Of a stretch of 64,000 nt of DNA, positions 35,953-45,363 are shown piece after piece. A program made the position numbers and the translations under genes. Source of the DNA: Gemmatimonadota bacterium (lineage in GTDB: Bacteria; Gemmatimonadota; Gemmatimonadetes; Gemmatimonadales; GWC2-71-9); contig JBDHAB010000005.1 of NCBI GenBank assembly GCA_039588295.1, forward strand, positions 32,001 to 96,000, given 5' to 3'. Under the pieces are notes generated by a model. The model was not told the origin of the DNA, made no database searches, and was given only the letters and a program-made list of their open reading frames with translations. The stretch's first letter is position 1. Every line of letters begins with the position of its first letter.

Positions 35953-37337
35953 CGGCGTCGAATCTCCTCCTCGGCAATTGCCTCGATTGCACTGGGCATG
36001 CCGAGCAGGCCTCGCGCCCGGGCGAGCAGGACCCGCAAGGAGTCTTCGGTGGCCGCAAACTGAGATCCTGCCTCGCCCCGGAGCGCGAGCGCGTACGGGG
36101 AAGCGGGGTAGAGTCGATCCAGCACGGCGCGGACAGAGTCTGCCTGGGACGGAACAATGAGCGCGGCGGCGAGCAGAGCCTTTGCCGCAACAGTTGACGA
36201 CGGATACCGTCGTTGGAGTTCGAGGAACATCGATCTTGCCGGAACGGACGCAGCCAGCGAGTCGCGGAGCGCCTCGGCAATGACGAACATCTTGAGATCG
36301 CCGAGCGCGGGCTGAGAGTCCTGGAGCACACGGACGGCGTCTCCCAAGATTCCCGCTGCCGGTCCAGCAAGCTGGGCGGCAACCCCCCCTCGCGCACGAG
36401 CTGCACTGAGCGTATCGCTGATCCGGGCCAACGACTCGAGGTCGGTGGTCCGCTGCAGCTCTCCGATCGCGAGCAGTGCTTGGGCTGCGGCCCCCTCGAC
36501 CGAATCAGGGGCCGCCACGATCGCGGCGCGGTACCGCTCCCCACCACGCCCGGTCTCCCCTTCCCGCGACCACCGCCGCCCGTCCGCCAAGAGGAGTCGA
36601 CCACGCTCCCCCTGGGTGAGGTCATTCCGCGCAATCAATCGATCGACTACCTGAGCCACGGACTCCGGACTGCGCACTCCAACCGAATCCAGCGTACGGA
36701 GCCACCGATCCTCGTCGTACGGTCGCACCACCCGCGCCATGAGCACGCCAGCCGCCGCTTCCACGTCCCCAAGCGCGACGTGCGCCAGGGCCAGATCGAA
36801 CGCGGCGGCATCATGGCTCGTTCGCTCGAGATCCCGGACCGCCGCACGTGCCGCCCCCCGCTGCAACTCCGCTCGCCCGCGCCACAGCAACGCCGACGAC
36901 GTGAGCTTCTCCGCGTCAGGACCCTCCAGCAGCGGTGTCAGCACCGCGACCGCCGAATCCGGCTGACGGAGCTGCACGCGACATCGTCCTAACACCAGCC
37001 GGGCGCGCCGCTGAACGGACGGGTCGGGAGAGGAGTCGATGGCAAGTCGCAACGGGCGTTGCGCACGTGTACAGTTGTCGGTCTCCGACAGGGCACGGCC
37101 CCACAGCAGGAGCGCGTCGTCCCGATGCCGACTTCCGGGATACCGTGTCGCGACGGACTCGGCTTTGACGGCGGCCTGGGCCCACAAGGAGCGTGCTTCC
37201 CCGGATCGACCCTCGCGCGCCGCCCGGTCGGCGCCGGCGGCGAGTCGGTTGGCATTGTATAGACCGTTGTAATAGGCGCACGCGGCCACGGCTGTCAGCA
37301 CGGTCAGCCACGCCACTCGCCGGGCGGGCTGGATCAC
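35949..37337 (-). CDS. TPR-like lipoprotein
   Basis: Lipobox VAAC followed by AYYNGLYNA; helical repeats. Confidence 0.7.
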   Translation of the reverse strand: MIQPARRVAWLTVLTAVAACAYYNGLYNANRLAAGADRAAREGRSGEARSLWAQAAVKAESVATRYPGSRHRDDALLLWGRALSETDNCTRAQRPLRLAIDSSPDPSVQRRARLVLGRCRVQLRQPDSAVAVLTPLLEGPDAEKLTSSALLWRGRAELQRGAARAAVRDLERTSHDAAAFDLALAHVALGDVEAAAGVLMARVVRPYDEDRWLRTLDSVGVRSPESVAQVVDRLIARNDLTQGERGRLLLADGRRWSREGETGRGGERYRAAIVAAPDSVEGAAAQALLAIGELQRTTDLESLARISDTLSAARARGGVAAQLAGPAAGILGDAVRVLQDSQPALGDLKMFVIAEALRDSLAASVPARSMFLELQRRYPSSTVAAKALLAAALIVPSQADSVRAVLDRLYPASPYALALRGEAGSQFAATEDSLRVLLARARGLLGMPSAIEAIAEEEIRRR

Positions 37338-38551
37338 GGCGATGCTCCGACCAGCACCTTCCGTTCGTACCGCTTGAGGTACTCAACGATGCCGTCGGCA
37401 ATGGCCTTCGCGACCTTCCGCTGCCCGTCGCGTGACGCGAGGAACTGGCCATCCCGCCGGTTGGTGGCGAAACCGGTTTCTACGAGAATGGCCGGCCGCG
37501 TCGCAGTGGTGAGGACCGTGTAGGGCGCTTGGGCCACCCCCCGGTCCAGCCCCGGGTGCGTCGCCGCGGTCCTGGCCTGCACGAGCTGGGCGAGGAGTGC
37601 GGATTCGCGCAGGAGTTCATTGGTCTCCAGGTCCTTGAAGATGAACGAAACGTCATCTCGGAGATCGTCGTAGTTCGCCCCCTCATAGCGCAGCGCGTCG
37701 TTCTCCATCTGGGCGACGCGACGCGCCTCCGCGGTCAACGCCTCACCGAGGAAATACGTCTCGACGCCATTGATGTTCTCATACCCTCGCCGGGGCTTCA
37801 GACTGTTGACGTGAATGCTGACGAAGAGATCACACTCGTCTCGGCACATGGGGGCCCGCCGTCGCAGGCCAATGAGGACGTCCGTCGTGCGCGTCATGAC
37901 GACGTCGACACCACGCCGCGTCAATTCTGCCTGCACGTCTTTGGCAACCGCCAGGTTTACGTGCTTCTCTTGCACGCCGCGCGGTAGGTACCGACCGGGA
38001 TTTCCGGGATCGCTTCCCCCGTGCCCAGCATCCACCACGACCCGGTGCGCGATCCTGAACCCATTGCGTCGGGCAAGTGCAGACGGAGCGGCGACCGATA
38101 CGGGCGGCTGCGGCACGGGCGCAGCGGGTGGCGGCGACGCGACCCCAGCGAAGCGCGCTTCTTCGAAGCGAGCCGTGACTGGATCGTAGCGGTAGCCCTC
38201 CCGAAACAGCCGCGGAACATATTCGGCGAGCCACTGCAACGGCACAAACAGCGTGTCGCGCAGCACGTAGGCGCCACCGGAAATTGGCAAGACCTTTCCC
38301 CGCTGGACGAACGCCGGGGCGCCGAGCAAGAACCGGAACGGCTCACCGGCAAACGCCACCTCCGCCCAGGCACCAAACCGCTCTTCCGTGATCGGCAGCA
38401 GGCGACTGAGTAGGGGGACCGGGAGCGCGGGGTGCCCCTCATCCCGTGCGACTGGAACGGCCGTCTCTCCGCGCGACGTGACTACCAGGACCGCGTCGGG
38501 CGACTTCACGCCCAGGAGGCTTACGATGGCGAGCGCAAGCAGTCTCGTCAT
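37334..38551 (-). CDS. N-acetylmuramoyl-L-alanine amidase (Amidase_3)
   Basis: [31 protein letters not shown]. Confidence 0.92.
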   Translation of the reverse strand: MTRLLALAIVSLLGVKSPDAVLVVTSRGETAVPVARDEGHPALPVPLLSRLLPITEERFGAWAEVAFAGEPFRFLLGAPAFVQRGKVLPISGGAYVLRDTLFVPLQWLAEYVPRLFREGYRYDPVTARFEEARFAGVASPPPAAPVPQPPVSVAAPSALARRNGFRIAHRVVVDAGHGGSDPGNPGRYLPRGVQEKHVNLAVAKDVQAELTRRGVDVVMTRTTDVLIGLRRRAPMCRDECDLFVSIHVNSLKPRRGYENINGVETYFLGEALTAEARRVAQMENDALRYEGANYDDLRDDVSFIFKDLETNELLRESALLAQLVQARTAATHPGLDRGVAQAPYTVLTTATRPAILVETGFATNRRDGQFLASRDGQRKVAKAIADGIVEYLKRYERKVLVGASP

Positions 38552-39027
38552 CGTCGCCGCCCTCGAGCTCGTGCGGCATCCCGCTCCTCGGCGCGTCGCT
38601 TCAGGTCTTCCCGCTTGTCGTAGAGCTTCTTCCCCTGCGCGAGCGCGAGGGACACCTTGGCCCACCCGTCGGCAAGATGGAGGTCGAGCGGTACCAGGGT
38701 CAGTCCTTTGCGTTCGACGGATCCAATCAACCGCCGGAGCTCGTGGCGTCGCAGGAGCAGCTTGCGCGGCCGCATCGGATCGTGATTGCTATACCCTCCC
38801 GACTCATACGGAGAGATGTGCATTCCCTCCAACCAGACCTCCCCACGTCGGACGACGCCGAACGCCCCCTTGAGATTCACCTTTCCGGCGCGGATCGACT
38901 TGATCTCACTGCCAGTCAGCACGAGCCCAGCCTCCCACGTCTCAAGGATGTGGTAATCATGCCGCGCCTTGCGATTCCGGGCGACGACTGGGCCAGAATT
39001 GGGCTTCGGCCGGGTAGCTGGCGACAC
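38548..39027 (-). CDS. smpB: SsrA-binding protein
   Basis: [35 protein letters not shown]. Confidence 0.97.
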   Translation of the reverse strand: MSPATRPKPNSGPVVARNRKARHDYHILETWEAGLVLTGSEIKSIRAGKVNLKGAFGVVRRGEVWLEGMHISPYESGGYSNHDPMRPRKLLLRRHELRRLIGSVERKGLTLVPLDLHLADGWAKVSLALAQGKKLYDKREDLKRRAEERDAARARGRRR

Positions 39028-39038
39028 TAGCTAAGTCC

Positions 39039-39106
39039 AAGATAGAAAACCGCTTCCGGGTGGTCAAGCGGGCGTGTTGACCCCCGTACTGACCGCTGTC
39101 TATATT
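39039..39106. promoter_or_regulatory. Back-to-back sigma70 promoters for smpB (-) and tRNA-Leu (+)
   Basis: Minus: TTGACC(39067-62)-17-TATCTT(39044-39); plus: TTGACC(39077-82)-18-TATATT(39101-06). Confidence 0.7.
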
Positions 39107-39130
39107 CCGTCCCGCTGACCGATGTTCCGC

Positions 39131-39214
39131 GCCGAAGTGGTGGAACTGGTAGACGCGCTGCGTTCAGGGCGCAGTGGGCGCAAGCCCGTGTGGGTTCGAA
39201 TCCCACCTTCGGCA
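39131..39214 (+). tRNA. tRNA-Leu (anticodon CAG)
   Basis: Acceptor GCCGAAG/CTTCGGC, D-loop TGGTAGA, anticodon arm CTGCG-TTCAGGG-CGCAG, long variable arm, GGTTCGAATCC; CCA not encoded. Confidence 0.97.
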
Positions 39215-39292
39215 CTCCAGAACCGAACGCCCAGCCGGAAGCGAACCGTGCCACCCGCGCAGGCTGGGCGCGGTCGCTTCCGCCCCTGTACC

Positions 39293-40435
39293 TCAGTAGC
39301 GCGCCATCTCCGGCTCGATTTCGTCGGCCCAGGCAGCGATCCCTCCTCGGAGGCTACGCGCCCGACTGAACCCTGCCGACCGCAGCAGCTCCGCCGCCCG
39401 CAGCGAGCGAACGCCGTGATGGCACACGGCCACGATGTCACCGTCCCCCGGAAGCTCCCGCAACCGGGCGGGCAGCATGCCAAGCGGGATCAGCAACGAA
39501 TCATGGATGTGGCAGATGCGCCACTCAAACGGCTCGCGGACGTCTACCATGACCAGGTTGGAGTTCTCGGCCTTGAGCCGGACTAATTCCCGGGCCGTGA
39601 GCTCAACGTCCGCAGCGGTGGGCACGGCTCCCACACCGCAGAACGCATCGTAGTCGATGAGCTGACGGACCGTTGGACGGTCCCCGCATACTGGGCACAT
39701 GGGATCACGTTTGAGCGAGAGTTCCCGGAACTCGAGCTTGAGCGCGTTGAACAGGAGCAACCGTCCGGCGAGCGTGTCTCCTCGGCCGAGCACCAACTTG
39801 ATTGCCTCCAGGGCCTGGATGCTCCCGATCACTCCGGGGAGCACACCGAGCACTCCCGCCTCGGCACAGGAGGGCACCAGACCGGGCGGGGGCGGATCTC
39901 GAAACAGACATCGGTAGCAGGGCTTACCCGGCGTCGCGAACACCGATGCCTGGCCATCGAAGCGGAAGATGGCACCATACACATAAGGCCTTCCCAACAG
40001 GACGCAGGCGTCGTTGACCAGGTACCGTGTCGGGAAGTTGTCGCTGCCATCGACCGCGATGTCGAACTCCTGCAGAATGTCGAGCGCGTTGGCTGACGTG
40101 AGGCGCGTTTCGAAGCCGCGCACCGTGACGTGTGGGTTGAGATCCTGGATGCGCTGAGCCGCGGATTCGAGCTTGGACGTCCCGATGGCGGATGTCCCGT
40201 GCAGGACCTGCCGCTGCAAATTGGTCTCGTCGACGAGGTCAAAATCGACGATGCCGATGGTGCCCACTCCCGCGGCGGCGAGGTACAGGGCCGCCGGTGA
40301 GCCCAGACCGCCTGCGCCGACGACCAGTACCCGTGCCGCCTTGAGCGCCTGCTGGCCCTCCATGCCGACTTCCGGCAAGATGAGGTGCCGGGAATACCGC
40401 AGCAGCTCCGGGTGACTCAGTGACGGTTCCGTCAT
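39293..40435 (-). CDS. moeB: MoeB/MoeZ-type sulfur-carrier adenylyltransferase with C-terminal rhodanese
   Basis: RYSRHL, GAGGLG, NLQRQ, CYRC...CPVC, rhodanese CHHGVRS. Confidence 0.92.
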   Translation of the reverse strand: MTEPSLSHPELLRYSRHLILPEVGMEGQQALKAARVLVVGAGGLGSPAALYLAAAGVGTIGIVDFDLVDETNLQRQVLHGTSAIGTSKLESAAQRIQDLNPHVTVRGFETRLTSANALDILQEFDIAVDGSDNFPTRYLVNDACVLLGRPYVYGAIFRFDGQASVFATPGKPCYRCLFRDPPPPGLVPSCAEAGVLGVLPGVIGSIQALEAIKLVLGRGDTLAGRLLLFNALKLEFRELSLKRDPMCPVCGDRPTVRQLIDYDAFCGVGAVPTAADVELTARELVRLKAENSNLVMVDVREPFEWRICHIHDSLLIPLGMLPARLRELPGDGDIVAVCHHGVRSLRAAELLRSAGFSRARSLRGGIAAWADEIEPEMARY

Positions 40436-40539
40436 TCGATTGGCGAACGGCAGGTGCCGCGTGGCGGTCGCCTGCAACCATGCCTCCGGGTGATGACTGG
40501 AAACTCGTGGGGGCCGGTTCGGGAAGGAAGTGCGGTTTG

Positions 40540-40564
40540 AATCCCGAGAGTACTACTCGGATTT
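40540..40564. promoter_or_regulatory. Candidate Rrf2-family operator (imperfect 25-bp inverted repeat)
   Basis: AATCCCGAG-AGTACTA-CTCGGATTT between the Rrf2 gene and moeB. Confidence 0.45.
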
Positions 40565-40613
40565 GTAGGGCCACACGCGCGTCGCCCCACCCCACCCTGC
40601 TCACCGCGCTGGC

Positions 40614-41054
40614 TCAGCTGCCTACGAGATGCTCGACTTCCGCTTCCGCGTGCAGCAAATCAGCGAGCGAGACGCTCGATAACATGTCGTCGATCCGGCG
40701 TTGCAGCTCACGCCACACGGGTCGGATGCTGCATTCCCCGTCGGGGGCGCAGCGCGCCACGTTGACCCGGTGCGCATCACAGTACACTTCGAACGTCCGG
40801 TTCTCTGCCGCTTCCATCACGTCCTTCACGGTGACGGTCGCGGGATCGCGAGCGAGGAAATAGCCGCCCTTCGCACCCCGCACGCTCGTGACGAGACCCG
40901 CGCGCCGAAGCTTCAACAGGATCTGCTCCACATAGTCGGCAGGGAGACCTTCCCGCTCCGCCAGATCCCGCGCTGGCGTGGGGGCATCACCCTCCTGCTT
41001 GGCTAGGTGGATCGACACGATCAAGCCATACTCCGCCCAAGTTGTTACTCGCAT
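40614..41054 (-). CDS. Rrf2 family transcriptional regulator (three Cys, possibly Fe-S)
   Basis: YVEQIL.KLRRAGLV.SVRGAKGGY.LAR; C-x9-C-x5-C. Confidence 0.92.
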   Translation of the reverse strand: MRVTTWAEYGLIVSIHLAKQEGDAPTPARDLAEREGLPADYVEQILLKLRRAGLVTSVRGAKGGYFLARDPATVTVKDVMEAAENRTFEVYCDAHRVNVARCAPDGECSIRPVWRELQRRIDDMLSSVSLADLLHAEAEVEHLVGS

Positions 41055-41131
41055 GGCTGCCTCCCACTTCCAATATCCGACGCTGGCTCTCGGAAAGCAA
41101 GACGCCGCGGCCGTCCTGGCCCGAAGCCGCC

Positions 41132-42529
41132 CTACCCGGGCACGCCCGGCTCCGTCATCGCGCGCAGATCGAGCAGCGAGTCCAGCTCCGCTGGCTCGAA
41201 CAGGCCCTTACGGGCGACGAGCTCCCGGACGGTCACACCTTCCGCTACAGCCTCTTTGGCCAGCTTCGCAGCCGCTGCGTATCCGATCCGTGGAGCGAGC
41301 GCGGTCACGATCGCCGGACTGCGTTCCAGCCAGTACGCACACTGCTCGGAGTTCGCTTCGATCCCCGACACACAGCGCTCGGCCAGCGTGCGGGAGGCAC
41401 GGTGCAGAATCTCCATCGTGAACAACAGGTTGTGACCGATTACCGGCATCATCACGTTCAGCTCGAGCTGCCCAGCCTCGGCTGCCGTGGCAACCGCGAG
41501 ATCGTTTCCAATCACTTGATAACACACCATGTTGACCATTTCAGGAATCACCGGGTTCACCTTACCCGGCATGATGCTGGATCCGGGTTGCACCGGCGGG
41601 AGGAGGATCTCTGCAAGCGCCGTCCGCGGGCCGGAGGCGAGCAGCCGCAGGTCATTGGCGATCTTGCTCAAGTCCACCGCGTAGGTTCGGAGCGCTCCAC
41701 TGAACGCCGCCTGATCACCCATCGACTGCATCAACTGCACGCGGTCCGCACCGGCCCGCAGCTCGAGCCCGGTGCTGGCCCGCAGCTCCTCCACGACGAG
41801 GTCCGGATAGGCCGGCTCGACATTGAGCCCGGTCCCAACCGCGGATCCTCCAATGTTCAGCTCTCGGAGCCATACCGCAGATTCCTCGATGCGCATCCGA
41901 TTGCGCTCGACCGTGTGCCCGAACGCGGTGAATTCCTGGCCCAGTCGAATCGGCGTCGCATCCTGCAGGTGCGTGCGTCCGGCCTTCACGATGTGATCAA
42001 ACGCGACCCCCCGCTCGAGGAATGCTCGACCGAGTCCGTCCATCGCGTCCACGAGCCCGGGCAACGTGGCCAACACGGCCAGCCGAATGGCCGTCGGAAC
42101 GGTGTCGTTCGTGCTCTGTGCCATGTTGACATGGTCGTTCGGATGAACCGGCTGGTAGACACCGCGCGTTCCGCCGAGCATCTCATTCGCGCGGTTGGCC
42201 AGGACCTCGTTCACGTTCATGTTGTGACTCGTCCCCGCCCCCGCTTGATACGGATCCACCACGAACTGTTCCCGGTGCTGGCCGTTCAGCACCTCATCGG
42301 CGGCGGCGACGATCGCATCGGCCAGCCGTGCTTCGAGTCGGCCCGTGTGCTTGTGCGTGATCGCCGCCGCCCGCTTGATCCAGACCATGGCATCCACGAA
42401 CGCCGCCAGCGGTCGGAGGCCGGAGATCGAGAAGTTGTGACGCGCACGTTCGGTCTGAATGCCGTACAGCGCGTCCGCCGGTACCGGCAACTCCCCCAGC
42501 GGATCCCGTTCAGCTCGCATTTGACTCAT
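41132..42529 (-). CDS. aspA: Aspartate ammonia-lyase / class II fumarase family
   Basis: YGIQTERA, HPNDHVNMAQSTND, GRTHLQDATP, GSSIMPGKVNP; aspA versus fumC not resolved. Confidence 0.8.
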   Translation of the reverse strand: MSQMRAERDPLGELPVPADALYGIQTERARHNFSISGLRPLAAFVDAMVWIKRAAAITHKHTGRLEARLADAIVAAADEVLNGQHREQFVVDPYQAGAGTSHNMNVNEVLANRANEMLGGTRGVYQPVHPNDHVNMAQSTNDTVPTAIRLAVLATLPGLVDAMDGLGRAFLERGVAFDHIVKAGRTHLQDATPIRLGQEFTAFGHTVERNRMRIEESAVWLRELNIGGSAVGTGLNVEPAYPDLVVEELRASTGLELRAGADRVQLMQSMGDQAAFSGALRTYAVDLSKIANDLRLLASGPRTALAEILLPPVQPGSSIMPGKVNPVIPEMVNMVCYQVIGNDLAVATAAEAGQLELNVMMPVIGHNLLFTMEILHRASRTLAERCVSGIEANSEQCAYWLERSPAIVTALAPRIGYAAAAKLAKEAVAEGVTVRELVARKGLFEPAELDSLLDLRAMTEPGVPG

Positions 42530-42570
42530 GGCTTCATCCGATGTGATCGCGTCGTGGACCTGCACGGCAT

Positions 42571-43143
42571 CTACCGCCCGGCCTCGCGGGTGACCTCTAC
42601 ACGGAGCGCGTCATTGAAGCGGTTGAAGTAGCTGAACAGACCGGCAACCAGTGTGATCTCCACGACGGCCCCCTCGTCCCAGTACCCCCCGAGCTGCGCA
42701 ACGACCGCTTCCGGAACCGCATGCCCGCTCTCCGCTACGAATTCGGCGAAGCGCAGGGCGAGGGCCCACGCGTCGTCGAGTCCTTCCAAGGAACCCACGC
42801 CGCGCCCGTCTGTTTCCGGAGCCTCGACGCGGAGCGCCGTCAGCCACGGCTCTTCCGCACCCAGCCGCCTCGCCAAGGCGGTGTGCGATGCCAGTCAATA
42901 GCGACAACGATTGATCGAGGAAACCCGCACGGCAATGAGCTCCTTCAATAACGTCGGCACCGTTCCCTCGTTCATCACCGTCCGAAAGTGTGCGATGAGC
43001 GTCTGCAGGTGCTTCGGACGAATCGCCACCGTGCGGAACATGTTCGGGATGTTGCCCCGCTCGCGAAGGTACGCGTCGAAGATGTCACGAACCTCACCGG
43101 CAACCTCTTCGGGCTCGCGCGGTCGTATGCGGGGCGTCGCCAT
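42571..43143 (-). CDS. AhpD-like / CMD-family peroxidase-related protein, predicted selenoprotein (Sec83)
   Basis: ORFs 42895-43143 and 42571-42876 are in one frame; the join reads KELIAVRVSSINRC-R-Y-[TGA 42895-97]-LASH, matching the AhpD CxxCxxxH motif. Confidence 0.88.
42856..42887 (-). other. Candidate bacterial SECIS hairpin
   Basis: 7 nt after UGA: CGCAC-A-CCGCCU-UGGCG-AGGCGG-CUGG-GUGCG; G-containing apical loop 19 nt after UGA. Confidence 0.65.
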
Positions 43144-43157
43144 CCGTGGTGGCTCCG

Positions 43158-43289
43158 CTACTCCGAGCAGTCGCCCAACGGGTAGTCGAACCCGCAGTTG
43201 CGACACGGGTTCTTGGAGCGCGACGGCGTGCGCACCGTTGCCGGGGCCGCGGCCGACTTTTCACACACGGTGTCCGCGTTTTCACCCAA
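43158..43289 (-). CDS. Putative 43-aa Cys-containing microprotein
   Basis: TTG start overlapping the end of the MBL gene with AGGAG upstream; ends CRNCGFDYPLGDCSE. Confidence 0.4.
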   Translation of the reverse strand: MGENADTVCEKSAAAPATVRTPSRSKNPCRNCGFDYPLGDCSE

Positions 43290-43971
43290 GTGGATACGCT
43301 CCTGTGACAAACGGGTTGGCAGACCGTTCACGACCAATGGTCGTGTCGGGACCGTGTCCCGCATAGACCAGTGTGGCATCGGGGAGCGTCATCAGCTGCT
43401 CTCTGATGGAAGCCAGCAGCGTTTCCCCGTCGCCGCCCGGCAGATCCACGCGTCCAACGGAGCCCGCAAACAAGGCGTCTCCGACCAGCGCAATACCGTG
43501 ACCCACAAACGCCACACTCCCCGGGCTGTGCCCCGGCACGTGACGGACTTCGAATCTGAGCGAGCCAAGCTCCAGAGTATCGCCAGCCGCCAGCTCGTGT
43601 TCCGGGGGCGGCGGCCGATCCGCCCGAACGCCCAGCCACGCGCCCTGGCTCACTGCACCATCGTACAGTGATCGATCAGCGGGATGGAGCGAGACCGGCA
43701 CGCCCGTGCGCTCCACCACCTCCGCCACACCGAGGATGTGATCGAGGTGTGCATGCGTGAGCCACACAGCGCGCAAGGCCAGCTCCTCGCTGGCGAGCCG
43801 ACGGAGAAAGAGGTCAGCCTCCTCTCCCGGATCCACGAGCACGGCATCGTGCGTTTCAGGATCCGCTACGATGTAGCAGTTCTCCTGAAACACACCGTTG
43901 GTGAGGCAGACGACCCTAGGGAGACGCAACGGTCGCGGGTTCCTCGTGTCCCTGTTCGCGCTCTCGGTCAC
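43282..43971 (-). CDS. MBL-fold metallo-hydrolase (glyoxalase II-like)
   Basis: ENCY, THAHLDH, PGHSPG, GDALF, GHGP.TTIG.ER..NPF. Confidence 0.92.
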   Translation of the reverse strand: MTESANRDTRNPRPLRLPRVVCLTNGVFQENCYIVADPETHDAVLVDPGEEADLFLRRLASEELALRAVWLTHAHLDHILGVAEVVERTGVPVSLHPADRSLYDGAVSQGAWLGVRADRPPPPEHELAAGDTLELGSLRFEVRHVPGHSPGSVAFVGHGIALVGDALFAGSVGRVDLPGGDGETLLASIREQLMTLPDATLVYAGHGPDTTIGRERSANPFVTGAYPLG

Positions 43972-44920
43972 GTCGCTCCGCGAGGTACTTCTCCACGGCA
44001 ATGGCGGCCGTGGTCGCATCTCCAACCGCGGTCGTGATCTGTCGGACGAGCTGAACGCGCAGGTCTCCCGCAGCAAAGAGTCCCGGAATCGAAGTCATCA
44101 TATGCGAGTCGGTGATGATGTACCCCCCGGCGTCATGATCGAAATGGCCCTTGATCAACCCGGAATTCGGCGTGAACCCAATGAAGATGAACACGCCGCC
44201 GACGGGCAGGGAGGATCCTTTGCCGGTCACCGTGTCCTTCAACGCGAGCTCGGTGACCCCCTTGGCATTACCTCGGACCTCTTCAACGACCTTGTTCCAG
44301 ACAACCTCGATCTTCGGGTTCTGAAACGCGCGTTTTTGAATGATGGGTGACGCCCGGAATTCGTCGCGCCGATGGATGATGTGGACCTTGTCGGCGTACC
44401 GTGTGAGGTAGTCAGCCTCCTCAACGGCCGCATCGCCACCACCGACCACCGCCAGCACCTCCCCCTTGAAGAAGGCGCCGTCACACACAGCACAGTACGA
44501 TACCCCTCTGCCCGCATGCTCCTTCTCGCCGGGAACGTTGAGCTTGCGCGGCGTGCCCCCGGCGGTGAGAATCACCGCCGACGCGGTGTACGTCCTCCCG
44601 AGCTGTGTCGCGATCGCGAATCCGCCATCCGGCTGCTTTTCGATCGATTCGACGGTGTCGGTGACAATCTGCGCGCCGAATTTCTTGGCGTGCTCGGCCA
44701 TGAGCCGTGCGAGTTCCGGACCCTTGACGCTCTCAAACCCGATGTAGTCCTCGATCAGATCGGTATTGAGCAACTCGCCACCCGGCATCCCCCGCTCGAT
44801 GATCAGGGTATCGAGCATGCCCCGGCCAGTGTACATCCCGCCGCAGAGTCCAGCGGGCCCCGCCCCCACAATAACGACATCGAAGTGCTGCTTGTGTTCT
44901 TTCGCGTTCACGTTCGTCAT
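43916..44920 (-). CDS. trxB: Thioredoxin-disulfide reductase
   Basis: GAGPAG, GRGVSYCAVCDG, GGGDAAVEEA, HRRDEFRA, GLFAAGD. Confidence 0.95.
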   Translation of the reverse strand: MTNVNAKEHKQHFDVVIVGAGPAGLCGGMYTGRGMLDTLIIERGMPGGELLNTDLIEDYIGFESVKGPELARLMAEHAKKFGAQIVTDTVESIEKQPDGGFAIATQLGRTYTASAVILTAGGTPRKLNVPGEKEHAGRGVSYCAVCDGAFFKGEVLAVVGGGDAAVEEADYLTRYADKVHIIHRRDEFRASPIIQKRAFQNPKIEVVWNKVVEEVRGNAKGVTELALKDTVTGKGSSLPVGGVFIFIGFTPNSGLIKGHFDHDAGGYIITDSHMMTSIPGLFAAGDLRVQLVRQITTAVGDATTAAIAVEKYLAERRDREREQGHEEPATVASP

Positions 44921-45303
44921 CCTTGTCTCAGCTGCAAATTCGGCGGCGGCCCGTCGCGGAGCAACGCCCGATCCAGCGCGCGCCAGAATGCCACGGTTTC
45001 GAACTCGACCGCCGGATGTTGACTCCCCGACAACTTCTCGAGCGCTGCCCCTCCAACAACGCGTGCGCCGTGCGTGTTCCCGCGCTCTTGGTGGAGCAGG
45101 GCCGCAGCCGCCTGAATGAGCCCTTGAATCACCACCGCCTCCCCCTCGTTCGCTACCGAACGCCAGATCGTCTCGAGCTCCTCGTGCGCGTCCCAAAACC
45201 TCCCGGCGTTGAACAGTGCGATTGCTCGCTGGCCGTGCGCTGCCCGGTCAATGGTCTGCGCCCGGTACCGACGCTCGCGGCGCTTCGGTGGCCTACGTAA
45301 CAT
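44917..45303 (-). CDS. DUF309 domain protein
   Basis: LFNAGRFWDAHEELETIW...QGLIQAAAALLH..RGN..GA; start uncertain (45303/45363). Confidence 0.85.
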   Translation of the reverse strand: MLRRPPKRRERRYRAQTIDRAAHGQRAIALFNAGRFWDAHEELETIWRSVANEGEAVVIQGLIQAAAALLHQERGNTHGARVVGGAALEKLSGSQHPAVEFETVAFWRALDRALLRDGPPPNLQLRQG

Positions 45304-45363
45304 AGTCGGCGCCTGAGAACACAGCAGACCCCCGACGGCCGAGGCCGACGGAGGGTGCCGCAC

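Noticed and set aside
39131..39292. tRNA-Leu/smpB as an integration site for an island or prophage
   Set aside because: No integrase, no duplicated tRNA 3' end noticed, no obvious composition shift
40436..40613. Riboswitch (Moco/SAM) upstream of moeB
   Set aside because: No consensus aptamer features recognised by eye; an Rfam covariance search would be needed
43282..43971. Metallo-beta-lactamase resistance gene
   Set aside because: No signal peptide; glyoxalase II-like housekeeping motifs
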